From a virus, in IMG/VR virus record IMGVR_UViG_3300009130_001805, positions 14,878 to 78,877 of that record: a stretch of DNA of 64,000 bases; one strand, 5' to 3'. The notes under the pieces are model-generated. The model made no database searches and was not told where the DNA came from. It worked only from the letters and a program-made list of their open reading frames with translations. The translations under genes and the position numbers were made by a program. Of this stretch, positions 17,989 through 28,135 are shown in pieces; within the stretch, counting starts at the first letter, position 1; the number at the start of each line of letters is the position of its first letter.

Positions 17989-18399
17989 ATGTTCAATAAG
18001 TTCATCGCAGTAGGAAACCTAACTAGGGATCCAGAAACAAAATCAACAAACTCTGGTCACAGCATTTGTGAGTTCAGAGTCGCCGTAAATAATCCAAGAT
18101 CTAAAGAGGATGTCCTTTTTATTGATGTAGAGACTTGGGATAAGCTTGCAGATATCTGCTCTCAGTACCTTGCTAAAGGCAAGAAAATCATCGTAGAAGG
18201 AAGGCTTAAGAATAATAGCTGGACCACAAAAGAAGGCGAAAAAAGAAATAAAATCTTTTGCGTCGCGGACGATATTCGCTTTGTTGGTAGTAAGTCTGAA
18301 GAAGCGGAATTAACCACTCAATCAAAACCCCAAAGCAAGGCAGCTCCAGCCACAGAATCAGAGGAAGATGTTGCTGCCATGGAAGACATTCCATTCTAA
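17989..18399 (+). CDS. ssb: Single-stranded DNA-binding protein
   Basis: NKFIAVGNLTRDPE, KGKKIIVEGRL, C-terminal EDIPF. Confidence 0.97.
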   Translation: MFNKFIAVGNLTRDPETKSTNSGHSICEFRVAVNNPRSKEDVLFIDVETWDKLADICSQYLAKGKKIIVEGRLKNNSWTTKEGEKRNKIFCVADDIRFVGSKSEEAELTTQSKPQSKAAPATESEEDVAAMEDIPF

Positions 18400-18400
18400 T

Positions 18401-19486
18401 ATGTCTGACTTTGTCTTTAAAGCTCCTTTAAATTCATTAAGCCTTGGAAACGTCTCCTTTAACATACTAAGGGAGGCGTTTCTGCATGGATCTAATGTCT
18501 CGCTTTTTAATATAGGGCAAAACCCAGACCTATCTGCCTACAATAAAATTGACAATGATTTCAAAGATTGGATTATAGAATCTCATAGCAAGAGATACTC
18601 TACTTCAAATAGGGATACCCCAAGCCTCCAGCTCTGGCATATCAATGGGAGCGAAAACAGAATAACTTCTCCGCAAACTCTGTTTACTTTTTACGAAGTT
18701 GATTCTCCCACTGAAACCGAAAAAAATATCGCCAACCTACAGGATAACATTGTATTCAGCAGCTCCTACGCAAAAAGAAACTTTGAAAACTCTGGGTGCA
18801 AAAATGTACATAACATCCCCCTAGGCTTCGATAACGATTTCTATATAACCAACAAAAAGTATTTAGAGGATAAAGTCCATTTTGGATTAATAGGCAAATT
18901 TGAAAAGAGAAAACATACCGCTAAAATCTTAAAAGCATGGGCTTCTAAATATGGAAATAATTATGACTACCAATTAACTTGTTGCATAACCAATCCATTC
19001 TACAAGCCAGAGCAAATGAATCAAGCTATTTCCCAAGCGTTAGACGGAGAGTCCTACGGAAATATATCTTTCTTGCCTTATTTAAAAACGAACTCAGAGG
19101 TTAATGATTTAATGAATGCTGTAGATATAGACCTTAGTGGCTTAAGCGGCGCAGAAGGTTGGAATCTTCCATCCTTTAATTGTACAGCTCTAGGTAAATG
19201 GAGTATTGTATTAAATTGCACTTCTCACTTAGACTGGGCGGATTCATCAAATTGTATACTTGTTGAGCCCGATGGTAAAATACCAATCTACGATAGCGTC
19301 TTTTTCAAGGAGGGCGGAGCGTTTAATCAAGGAAGCATGTATGACATTTCTCATGAAAAATTAATTGAAGCTTTTGAAAAAGCAGAAAAACTAGCTGGAG
19401 TTGAAAACAAAAATGGGATAAAATTGCAGAAAAAATTTACATACAAGAAAACTTTTAGCAAACTATTAAAAATCTTAATTCCCTGA
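18401..19486 (+). CDS. GT-B (GT4-like) glycosyltransferase
   Basis: SSYAK..F, IPLGFD, GKFEKRKH, AEGWNLP; start set to the ATG 1 nt after the ssb stop. Confidence 0.85.
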   Translation: MSDFVFKAPLNSLSLGNVSFNILREAFLHGSNVSLFNIGQNPDLSAYNKIDNDFKDWIIESHSKRYSTSNRDTPSLQLWHINGSENRITSPQTLFTFYEVDSPTETEKNIANLQDNIVFSSSYAKRNFENSGCKNVHNIPLGFDNDFYITNKKYLEDKVHFGLIGKFEKRKHTAKILKAWASKYGNNYDYQLTCCITNPFYKPEQMNQAISQALDGESYGNISFLPYLKTNSEVNDLMNAVDIDLSGLSGAEGWNLPSFNCTALGKWSIVLNCTSHLDWADSSNCILVEPDGKIPIYDSVFFKEGGAFNQGSMYDISHEKLIEAFEKAEKLAGVENKNGIKLQKKFTYKKTFSKLLKILIP

Positions 19487-19511
19487 TTATCACTGCAGTG
19501 TAATAGACTGC

Positions 19512-20315
19512 ATGGTAAGAAAAATACTAATTATGGGTCTTCCGGGCTCCGGAAAGACAACTCTTGCTGAAATTTTAGTAAGAAAACTTAACGCCTCTTG
19601 GTTTAATGCTGATGCAGTCCGTCAAGATATATACTCAGAGCTTGGCTTTGCTGAGTCTGATAGACTTGAGCACGCCAAAAGAATGGGTAAACTTTGTGAG
19701 TGGGCTTCCTTAGGAGGAAATTATTCCATAGCAGACTTTATTTGCCCCACTCAAGATACTAGAGATGCATTCAATGCAGACTTTACTATATGGGTTGACC
19801 GTATCACAGAAGGAAGATACGAAGATACAAACAAAATGTTTGAAAAACCCATGAATTATGATGTTAGATTAATTGAAGGGTCTGCAGAAGAATGGGCTGA
19901 AAAAGTTATTTCTAAATTAAATGAAACAGAAAAATGGAATAACCAAGCCCCCACAGCGCTACTTATTGGTAGGTATCAACCTTTTCATGTCGGCCATAAA
20001 ACTCTTGTAGCCGAATCAATTAAACGTTCAGGGCAATGCTGCATTGCACTTCGAGATGTCGGAGGTATAGACGACAGTAATCCATACGACTTTGAGAAAG
20101 TTAAGGCTGAAATTCATGCTGCTTGCATCGAGTTTGGAGATAAAATAAAAGTTGTTGAACTCCCTAATATCACGGACGTATTTTATGGAAGAGGCGTGGG
20201 CTATAATATAGAGCAATTAGAATTAAGCAAAGAACTCCAGTCTGTATCTGCTACCAAAATTAGAGCAGGAGAAATTGGTCAAGATGGAAAACCTTTAGGA
20301 AAACGCCCGGAGTAA
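19512..20315 (+). CDS. cysC: Adenylylsulfate (APS) kinase fused to an HxGH nucleotidyltransferase
   Basis: N-terminus: MGLPGSGKTT, NADAVR, LGF..SDR, FICP, FEKP. C-terminus: GRYQPFHVGH ... VSATKIR. Confidence 0.8.
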   Translation: MVRKILIMGLPGSGKTTLAEILVRKLNASWFNADAVRQDIYSELGFAESDRLEHAKRMGKLCEWASLGGNYSIADFICPTQDTRDAFNADFTIWVDRITEGRYEDTNKMFEKPMNYDVRLIEGSAEEWAEKVISKLNETEKWNNQAPTALLIGRYQPFHVGHKTLVAESIKRSGQCCIALRDVGGIDDSNPYDFEKVKAEIHAACIEFGDKIKVVELPNITDVFYGRGVGYNIEQLELSKELQSVSATKIRAGEIGQDGKPLGKRPE

Positions 20316-20349
20316 CTTTACTTTTTTTAAAAAAGGCATATAATAAAGT

Positions 20350-20736
20350 ATGCCAATATATCTCTACGAGCATCCAGAGACTCAAGAAGTTATAGAAATC
20401 GTTCAGGGCATGAACGATGATCATACTTTTACTGATAAAGAAGGTGTAGAATGGAATAGAATATATTCTCTTCCTCAGCTTGCTTGCGAGCAAATTAATA
20501 TCGATCCTTGGGATAATAAGTCATTTGTTCATAAAACTGGAACAATGAAAGGCAGTTATGGTGACCTCCTAGACTATAGCGCAGACCTATCAAAACAAAG
20601 AGCGCAAGAGAATGGGGGAGTTGACCCAATCCAAAAGAAGCATTTCAAAGAATACGAAAAAAGAACTGGCCAAAAGCATTTAAAAGACAGAAAGAAAACA
20701 ATTGAAAACAAAAACTTCAAAATAGACTTTGATTAG
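20350..20736 (+). CDS. FmdB-like protein lacking the zinc cysteines
   Basis: MPIYLYEHPETQEVIEIVQGM...W.RIYS start; TATAAT 5 nt upstream. Confidence 0.6.
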   Translation: MPIYLYEHPETQEVIEIVQGMNDDHTFTDKEGVEWNRIYSLPQLACEQINIDPWDNKSFVHKTGTMKGSYGDLLDYSADLSKQRAQENGGVDPIQKKHFKEYEKRTGQKHLKDRKKTIENKNFKIDFD

Positions 20737-23700
20737 CCTTTAAGTTTCTTAATATCTTTTTTCAGTTCTTCAATTTGTTTTTGCTGTTCCTGTATTGCCC
20801 CACATAATACAGGTATGATTTGTTCATAAGAGATTGATAACGTATTCTCTAGCCCTCTTGTTTCTATCTCTTCTTCCCTTGTAGACACAGCTTCAGGTAT
20901 AATTTTCTCAACCTCTTGAGCGATAAACCCGAGACTCGTTTTGTTTTCTTCGTTTTGTATTTTATTCTTGAAAGATGAAGGCTTTAGCTTCAATGCTTTT
21001 TTCAGCAACTCTGCTGAGTTTAGTTTTTTAATATCTTTCTTTAGTCTTCTATCTGATGTTAACTTGACCGAAAGAGCATAAACTCCAGTCTTTTTTATGG
21101 CGGCCATCTCAGTATAACCTTTAGATAAATCATTTACATCCTTGGTTGTACGAAATACGAAATGCCCGTCCGTTGAGGAACCCGGCGGATTAGCTGTATC
21201 AAGGCTCCCATGCTTTCCAGACCCAGCATAAAGACACGCATGACCATTACCATCTGCAATTCTCATATGCTGATTTGTAACAAGCATTTTTTCGCCTATA
21301 TATAAGCCAAGAACCTTACTGTGTTCATGACCTATTCTTAACACATCTCGACCTAATTCTTTACTCGCAGCATTAGCCGTAGCAGCATTATACCCATTAT
21401 CTGAATTTAACTCAGACGGTGAGATGGTCCAGTACCCATTATCTGTGTCTCTATATGAGTCAATGATATAATCACCCGAAGAGGTTGCGGAGCCCGGCTT
21501 TTTTAAAGTTACTTGCCCACCTTCTACTCCAAAAGTGGCATTTACATTGCTTTGGGGTGTAGGGTGGCATACTACTGCATGAAAATGCGCCGTAGCCGCC
21601 GTCGTTTCTTTTGTTGACAACCTAAGTCCATTATCATCATCAAATTCTAGACCGCAATGTCTATTCGGCAAATTGTTTATAAAATCTAAAGCGAACGAGG
21701 TGCTCGGAGAAACCCCGAGGTTAATCTTAATATTTCCATCAGCATCCCTCTCAAGACCCTGCCCCGGATTGACTCCCGCCGAGTTTCCGTTGCTATCAAT
21801 AATTGTAGCTCCGCTGGCTAAAGTAATATTTTTATTAAAAACCGGACTTTCATTAAAAACCGTGCTCTTAGTAAAAGTAGCACTTTCTTTAAATGTTGCA
21901 GCTTTATTAAATGTTGCAGTATTAGAAAATTGAGTTGTTCCACTAAATACAGTAGCTGCTGAAAAACTTGTCGAGCTACTAAATGTGGCAGCATTTTTTA
22001 CTGTTAAAGCTTGTGTGGTAGTAGACCCGGTTAATGTCAAGTCACCCCCTGCGCTTAGTGAAAATTTTCCACCACCACCCGTTATTGCTTTCTGCACAGC
22101 AAGACTGTCTTTAAAATCCGCGCCTCCTTTGTAGTTTATTGCAAATTTTAAACTCCCATCAATATCTCCATCTATAAAATTGTTACTAGTCGTCTCCGTC
22201 GCCCCAGTTAACCGAAGAGTATTTTCTCCGCTTGATTGTTGAGCAAACCCAACTAAATACCCTTTTCTGGCTTTAGCTCCTTTTACTGTAAAAGGATACT
22301 CACTGGTCGGATTCCAGTTAAAAACACCATCAAACCCAATCCCAACAGACCCATCGTTACCTAACTTAATTCCCTGCTTTGTGCCACCAGAATGGGTGAT
22401 AAAATAATTCCCCATTTTTAAGTTTTGCGTGGCTACATGATTTCCCAAGTCATCTCCACTAACCGCAGCATTTACATACTCCCATATGCTATACACCTCT
22501 CCATTTACTAAATTACCAAGTGTCCCATTTGTTCTCTGAATTTTTAAAAAATCATCACTTAAAAAAGTCTTAGGTCCACCTATTAACTGAGGATAATTTT
22601 GTGTCAAAAAACCTCCAGTAGATATACCATCCTTAGATTGCCCCATGTCAGACATTAGAGCTTTCGACATATCCTTAAATTTAACCCTTCTTGCGGATTT
22701 TGAATTATCACTTTCTATAGTACTTAATAAAAATAAATCGTGTGCTGCGGGGATTTCTTTAGTACCTAAATCGTATATATGTCTACCAACATCATTTCGT
22801 ATTGACACAGCCCCTTGTGCAGGCAACGGTTCATTTTCAGATACTGAAGAGTGCCCAGAAACACTTCCATCTGTAAATGTTATAACAGTTCCATTTATAG
22901 ATTCTATTACTTTATGAACACCATTATGCCATACTAATTGCCCAACTACAAAGATCGTATTATTTGGAGGGCTAGATGATACTCCAGCAGCTCCAGCAGA
23001 ACTTCCATCTGTAAATGTTATAATAGACCCACTTATAGAATCTATTTGTTTTTGAACGCCATTGTGCCAAACCGTTTCCCCCACTGAAAAAGATGTGGTA
23101 TTTGATAATTGAAATACAGCAGTATACTCTTTGCTGCTATTCATTGTTATAGCTAAAGGATTAACTGCGCTTTGAAAAACACCTGCCGTATTAGTCCAAT
23201 TAAGAAATTGATACCCTGAACTAGGTGCTGCAGTTAATGTAAGGCTAGTTCCTTCTTCATAACTTCCTGATGTCGCTCCAGATACAGAGCCTCCAGTAGA
23301 AGCAGAGACTTGTAAATTATAAGTTATCGACGGTATTTCCCTAATTACGGCATAGTGCTGAACATTCCAGTCCTGACCTGAGGGGGCGCCAGAGTCCCAG
23401 CGTCCTACGTCGCTTGCGTTATTAGGATTAAAAGTTCTTGAAAGTTGGCTTGGATTAGTGTCGTTATTATAGGTGGTAAGACTAAAGCTATCCTTTCCAA
23501 ACCACCCTAAAAATTCATAACCAGCGGGAAGGTTGGAATATGAATATGTAATCGTAGAGCTACCATCGTATTCTCCAAATCCTGATAGTCTGCCCCAACT
23601 AGAATTCGATGATTGCGGACCACTTGATCCGATTCCCCTCAAAGTGTCTTTTATTTCTACATCACTGTTGCTACCTACTCGAAAAGTAGAAGGATGGCTT

Positions 23701-24557
23701 GGATTGGTGTCGGTATATGTAAAGGTTGAATCAGACCCAATCCACTCAATGATTCCTAATTCTACTGTACCGTCGATAATAATTTTTTCCTCGAAAACCG
23801 CATAAAAACTATTATTCATAGTCACGGTGTGAGAAAAGGTTTTATTAGTAGTTATTTGAGTTCCACTCGCATCACTTCCACTCACCCACTTAACAAATCG
23901 ATGGCTATTCTGTGGTGTCGCTGTAATAACGGCAGTTTCACCTTGTGTGTAAGTAATATCAGAGGTGCCATTTGATACAGCTGAACCGGAAGCATCTGTT
24001 TCCACTGCGCCACCTGCATTACCTCCGATGGTTATGGTATATTGCGGGGTATCTTGCTCAAAAATTGCCTGAATGATCATGTAATCATCCTCATCTACCC
24101 CGATATGAGTAGGAGTTATGTCGACGCTATTGCTGGCAGTTGTGACCATTCCTTCGTCTACAGTACGCGTCAATGGATTCTCTGTTACCACCCGACTTAG
24201 GGTATAATTTGGATGAACATGCGTTCGATCCCCGACTTCAAGAAGATAATCTATTATCCCGAGAGAGAAAAGATACCACCCTTTAAATTTATACCCTGCA
24301 TTCGGCGTTGCCGTAAGTGTTAGCTGAGTATCATCTTTAATATATTCTCTGAAGTCAAGACCGGACGCCACCTTATTTACAGCGTCATCTGCGCCACCCG
24401 GCTGCACTGTCTCACTGAAAGCGGTACCGTCGACCTTAGTTCCATTGACTTGAACCGAGCCCTGACCTATAGCCTCCCCAAACTCTGCTTTGGCGTGAGG
24501 CCTCCATTTCAGTTCGTCAGTCTCATGATTCGGAATATTTACATGTAGTGTAGCCAT
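20733..24557 (-). CDS. Tail fibre with InlB-B-like repeats, beta-helix and C-terminal S74 intramolecular chaperone
   Basis: Repeated T.TA.P..GY.F..W, xxFxxx hexapeptide run, SDRRLKKDI...LGFIAQEV...AIQEQQKQIEEL. Confidence 0.85.
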   Translation of the reverse strand: MATLHVNIPNHETDELKWRPHAKAEFGEAIGQGSVQVNGTKVDGTAFSETVQPGGADDAVNKVASGLDFREYIKDDTQLTLTATPNAGYKFKGWYLFSLGIIDYLLEVGDRTHVHPNYTLSRVVTENPLTRTVDEGMVTTASNSVDITPTHIGVDEDDYMIIQAIFEQDTPQYTITIGGNAGGAVETDASGSAVSNGTSDITYTQGETAVITATPQNSHRFVKWVSGSDASGTQITTNKTFSHTVTMNNSFYAVFEEKIIIDGTVELGIIEWIGSDSTFTYTDTNPSHPSTFRVGSNSDVEIKDTLRGIGSSGPQSSNSSWGRLSGFGEYDGSSTITYSYSNLPAGYEFLGWFGKDSFSLTTYNNDTNPSQLSRTFNPNNASDVGRWDSGAPSGQDWNVQHYAVIREIPSITYNLQVSASTGGSVSGATSGSYEEGTSLTLTAAPSSGYQFLNWTNTAGVFQSAVNPLAITMNSSKEYTAVFQLSNTTSFSVGETVWHNGVQKQIDSISGSIITFTDGSSAGAAGVSSSPPNNTIFVVGQLVWHNGVHKVIESINGTVITFTDGSVSGHSSVSENEPLPAQGAVSIRNDVGRHIYDLGTKEIPAAHDLFLLSTIESDNSKSARRVKFKDMSKALMSDMGQSKDGISTGGFLTQNYPQLIGGPKTFLSDDFLKIQRTNGTLGNLVNGEVYSIWEYVNAAVSGDDLGNHVATQNLKMGNYFITHSGGTKQGIKLGNDGSVGIGFDGVFNWNPTSEYPFTVKGAKARKGYLVGFAQQSSGENTLRLTGATETTSNNFIDGDIDGSLKFAINYKGGADFKDSLAVQKAITGGGGKFSLSAGGDLTLTGSTTTQALTVKNAATFSSSTSFSAATVFSGTTQFSNTATFNKAATFKESATFTKSTVFNESPVFNKNITLASGATIIDSNGNSAGVNPGQGLERDADGNIKINLGVSPSTSFALDFINNLPNRHCGLEFDDDNGLRLSTKETTAATAHFHAVVCHPTPQSNVNATFGVEGGQVTLKKPGSATSSGDYIIDSYRDTDNGYWTISPSELNSDNGYNAATANAASKELGRDVLRIGHEHSKVLGLYIGEKMLVTNQHMRIADGNGHACLYAGSGKHGSLDTANPPGSSTDGHFVFRTTKDVNDLSKGYTEMAAIKKTGVYALSVKLTSDRRLKKDIKKLNSAELLKKALKLKPSSFKNKIQNEENKTSLGFIAQEVEKIIPEAVSTREEEIETRGLENTLSISYEQIIPVLCGAIQEQQKQIEELKKDIKKLKG

Positions 24558-24569
24558 AACTAAATAGAG

Positions 24570-25850
24570 TTACACAAAAAACCTCTCTCCTCTGTCAGAA
24601 ATAATCCAAGCAGATTCATCCCTCAAAAATCTCTCTTCATCGTACATATATATACCATTAAATCCATCATCATCCGGCGCAGAGTCAACTTCAAATTGTA
24701 TAGTCGACATCATATTATCTCCAATTCCTACGTTAAAAGACTGTCCCGCAAGGGTCGCCCCTTTATAAATCATACCCAACACTAAACCATGGCGTCCGTC
24801 ACAATTAGTTTTTCTTTCGTAGCCCCAAATATCATCATTATTGTAAGGGTTTGTCAAGTTCATCTTAGGGTAATAACATCGAATACCAACATTATATGTT
24901 TTATCGTCAGTCAATATCGACTTAAGAGCACCAACCTCCAGCTCTCTAACCAAGACATCCATATTTAAATTAGACACAATTGGAAATCTAATCTTTCTAT
25001 CACCAACATAGTTACTGCCAAACCTCCTAATAGCCTTCCTATTCATACTTAATGAAACATCTACAGACTGTATTGCGGTTTTCTCAAAAGAGACTAAAGA
25101 ATTTCCTCCAATTCCTTTTTCAAAATCTTCATTTAATGACTCGTATATATCAACCCTTATATCTCCCCTTCCAAAAGTTGGAACACTAACGCCATTACTA
25201 AAAGGCCTAACAATTTTAGGGTTTAATGAGGCTCCGGAAAATCTTCCATAAGAAGCGTGATTTGGATCTTCCGTTCTTGGCTTCCCTAAGTAGGAGTTTA
25301 CTGACGGAAGCTCTGCCCCAGTATTAATATTAAATGTCTGAAAGCTCATGTTTGACCCAAGCAAACCAAGCTCAACAGTAGGAAAAGAATCTACGCCCAA
25401 CCTTAAATTATAAGAATTTAAATAACAATTACCGAACCCGATAACATCATCCCCATGATAATTATCTTTAAAATATGCATCCTCACCTTCATTAACGCCA
25501 ACGACAACAAAATCCATTGAATCGTCAATTCTATTAATGTTATTCTGGATCATGTCGTTAAACATTCCATACCAACCATTTGGTCCGTTTACGTAAAATC
25601 CTAAGTTCTTTTCATTATTTCCATCACTTAATAAGTAAGACACCGATAAATTTACATCTGGAGCTTGTAGCACTTGGTTTGCCGCTAACCCAAACTTACC
25701 AACCTGTCCAGCCTTAAACCTGTTTGCCTCAAAATTAAAACCAATAGACTGCACCCTGTCTAGATTCTTAAAGTCTCCAGCGGCATCAGTAAACCCGTGG
25801 CCTTTGCCAACCGCAACAGCCAAACTTGGGTAGTGAAGTCTATTCCTCAT
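24570..25850 (-). CDS. Tail tube paralogue (minor tube protein)
   Basis: Aligns by eye with 25931-28030: MRNR start, LDRVQS, APDVNLSVSYLLSDGNNEKNLGF. Confidence 0.65.
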   Translation of the reverse strand: MRNRLHYPSLAVAVGKGHGFTDAAGDFKNLDRVQSIGFNFEANRFKAGQVGKFGLAANQVLQAPDVNLSVSYLLSDGNNEKNLGFYVNGPNGWYGMFNDMIQNNINRIDDSMDFVVVGVNEGEDAYFKDNYHGDDVIGFGNCYLNSYNLRLGVDSFPTVELGLLGSNMSFQTFNINTGAELPSVNSYLGKPRTEDPNHASYGRFSGASLNPKIVRPFSNGVSVPTFGRGDIRVDIYESLNEDFEKGIGGNSLVSFEKTAIQSVDVSLSMNRKAIRRFGSNYVGDRKIRFPIVSNLNMDVLVRELEVGALKSILTDDKTYNVGIRCYYPKMNLTNPYNNDDIWGYERKTNCDGRHGLVLGMIYKGATLAGQSFNVGIGDNMMSTIQFEVDSAPDDDGFNGIYMYDEERFLRDESAWIISDRGERFFV

Positions 25851-25875
25851 TTGTTATCCTTATTCCTTGTCTATA

Positions 25876-25914
25876 AACAAATACACCACAGCCCGAAGAC
25901 TGTGGTGTATTTTT
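25876..25914 (-). terminator. cUUCGg-loop intrinsic terminator after the major tail gene
   Basis: AATACACCACAGTC-TTCG-GGCTGTGGTGTATT then TGTTT on the minus strand. Confidence 0.85.
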
Positions 25915-25930
25915 TAAAATTTACTTTTAA

Positions 25931-28030
25931 TTATAAGTCTACCCAGTTGTCCCCCGAATCAAAGTAACGAGGATTACGCTTAGATCCGCTTCCGAAAATA
26001 AACAATCCATTACTCTTATCATTTGGACCACCAAGTTGAGCATTAAAAGTGAGATCAACAGTCTTATTGTCTCCAATTGAAGAACTGTAGTTTTCACTTT
26101 CAAGTCTTGCTCCAGCAATAATGTAAACCAATTTCTTCGCTGGCCTAGTCTTAGGATCTGGGCAGCGTGGGTCTTTTGGTTCATTAAGAGCAATAGCTAA
26201 GTTGCATGTAGGATTAGTATAAAGTCTTTCAATTAAGTTAGCTTCTTCAAGCTCAGAAAGAATAGCATTAACTGAAACTGACATAGTTACCGGGAAGTCA
26301 ATTGATCGACCAAACCCAAACTGGTTACCAAGCCTCTGAATAACACTTCTTCCAATCGGGCAACTAAGCGAAAAGCTTTGAATGTGAGATCCGCCTTCTC
26401 CATGGATGTCAGCTAAAAGCGAGCTTTCATTCCCTGATCCGGGCACATCTCCAAGATATAATTCAATATCTCCGGGACGAAGTGCGGAAATTTCTCCAGC
26501 CTCATTGTCTTTTACGGCTGGAGGAAGTTCAAAGTACTCATCACAGATCATCAATCCATCATTGCCTGCACTTTTTCCTTCTGTATCAACAGCGGGGATA
26601 CGCAATCCATCTGCAGTTGCGCTAGCAATAGAATCGCTCTTGATATTAAATCCCTCTACTGTAAGACTTGCTGTTGGTAAACCCCCAACCGCAGCCTCAA
26701 TAGAATAGTCAGTAATATATCCATTCCCTACAGAAATAACGCTCTTATCTGCGTCAGCAGCGTTTGACCCAATAGCATCATCTCCCTCAGGAACCGTAAG
26801 TACGAAATAGTTGTTTCCGTCTTTAGAATCTTCACTTGCGTGCCAACTTAAAGCAGAAGTAGCTCCGGCGAGCGCTGTATTAATATCAGCTGTACCCAAC
26901 TTTGATCCGGGGAGTGATCCTGCATCATTAGTATTAAAACCTAGCAATCTTTCATTTTCTCCGTTTGTTAACAAGTAACTAAAGTCGAGTCCGACTGTTG
27001 GAGCTTCAAGAACAAGACTATCAATTCGACCAAGCTGACCAAATTGATTAACGTCTGTACGATTGATTGTGAAATTATAGTTTGCAGTTTGAACTCGGCT
27101 AAGTTGTGTAACTACCGTTTCTCCATCTGTGCCAGCCGGTACAACGCCAGTCACAGCTGAAATTTCTAGCTCTTCTTCAACGTCTTCAAGACCCACTGTG
27201 CCATCATCAACTTCAAATTGTTTAAGAAATCTTACGATTTCATCAGTAACACCAGCCGCATGCACCGCGTATCCATTTCCAGCGGTAGAAATATCAACTT
27301 CGGTGATGTAACCAACTTCTTCCGTTACTTCTTCCCAATCCGCAGAAGTTCCGGGCAATTGGTTACTTGGTACTCCAGCGCCAACAAATGTTGGTGACAA
27401 AGTTCCTGCCCCCCCGAGGCCAAGGTTAACTCTTTTCCAAATTTTGCCATTGTATTTAACCAAGGGAATATTACCGGGATCTTTTCCGTAGTCAAATTGA
27501 CCATCGACATTTCCTGCATATTCCCATAAAGCTAGCGCGTTTAAATCGGTTGCCGCTCCACCTGTGGCTGCCGAATCAGTACAAGGGGACCAGTCAGCTA
27601 CTGTAGTAGGATTACTTCCAACAGCTGCTCCAGCAGCATTAGTCACAACATATAGAGCAAGAGCTCCGCCAGTTTCATAGGTAACTATCTCTCCGACAGT
27701 GTAAGCTTTAGTTGCATCATAAAGATCAGCTCCGCCATAGCAGTCTTGATCTACTTTACTGATTGTAACAACTCCGCCCTGTCCGCCGCTATCAGAAACA
27801 GTGGTTACACTTTGTTCTCCAACCTTCCATACAGGATAAAAGTTTTCGGAGGTTTGCGCCCGAATTGCACCCTTAGTAGCAGGGATCGTTAATGTTTTAA
27901 TTCCATCGTTAGCTCCCGGCGTGCCTTTACTGGATAAGCCTTTGTTGCCTGCGGATTTAAAGTGGAAAGATGTCGAATTTGGGCTTACAAACAAAGCCTC
28001 ACTCTGATAAATTACTCTATTGCGTGCCAT
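25931..28030 (-). CDS. Major tail tube protein with inserted CBM5/12-like modules
   Basis: Position between neck genes and a strong terminator; beta-rich duplicated tube motifs; YDATKAYTVGEIVTY...W and VKYNGKIWK...DWEEV. Confidence 0.7.
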   Translation of the reverse strand: MARNRVIYQSEALFVSPNSTSFHFKSAGNKGLSSKGTPGANDGIKTLTIPATKGAIRAQTSENFYPVWKVGEQSVTTVSDSGGQGGVVTISKVDQDCYGGADLYDATKAYTVGEIVTYETGGALALYVVTNAAGAAVGSNPTTVADWSPCTDSAATGGAATDLNALALWEYAGNVDGQFDYGKDPGNIPLVKYNGKIWKRVNLGLGGAGTLSPTFVGAGVPSNQLPGTSADWEEVTEEVGYITEVDISTAGNGYAVHAAGVTDEIVRFLKQFEVDDGTVGLEDVEEELEISAVTGVVPAGTDGETVVTQLSRVQTANYNFTINRTDVNQFGQLGRIDSLVLEAPTVGLDFSYLLTNGENERLLGFNTNDAGSLPGSKLGTADINTALAGATSALSWHASEDSKDGNNYFVLTVPEGDDAIGSNAADADKSVISVGNGYITDYSIEAAVGGLPTASLTVEGFNIKSDSIASATADGLRIPAVDTEGKSAGNDGLMICDEYFELPPAVKDNEAGEISALRPGDIELYLGDVPGSGNESSLLADIHGEGGSHIQSFSLSCPIGRSVIQRLGNQFGFGRSIDFPVTMSVSVNAILSELEEANLIERLYTNPTCNLAIALNEPKDPRCPDPKTRPAKKLVYIIAGARLESENYSSSIGDNKTVDLTFNAQLGGPNDKSNGLFIFGSGSKRNPRYFDSGDNWVDL

Positions 28031-28135
28031 TTTATTTTCTTGATTAGGTTATAAAAGGTTGGATTGTTTGAATTTACAAGAAATATATCTTTATGGGAAA
28101 GTTTTTTTTCTTTTTTTTAAATTTTTTAAAAACTG

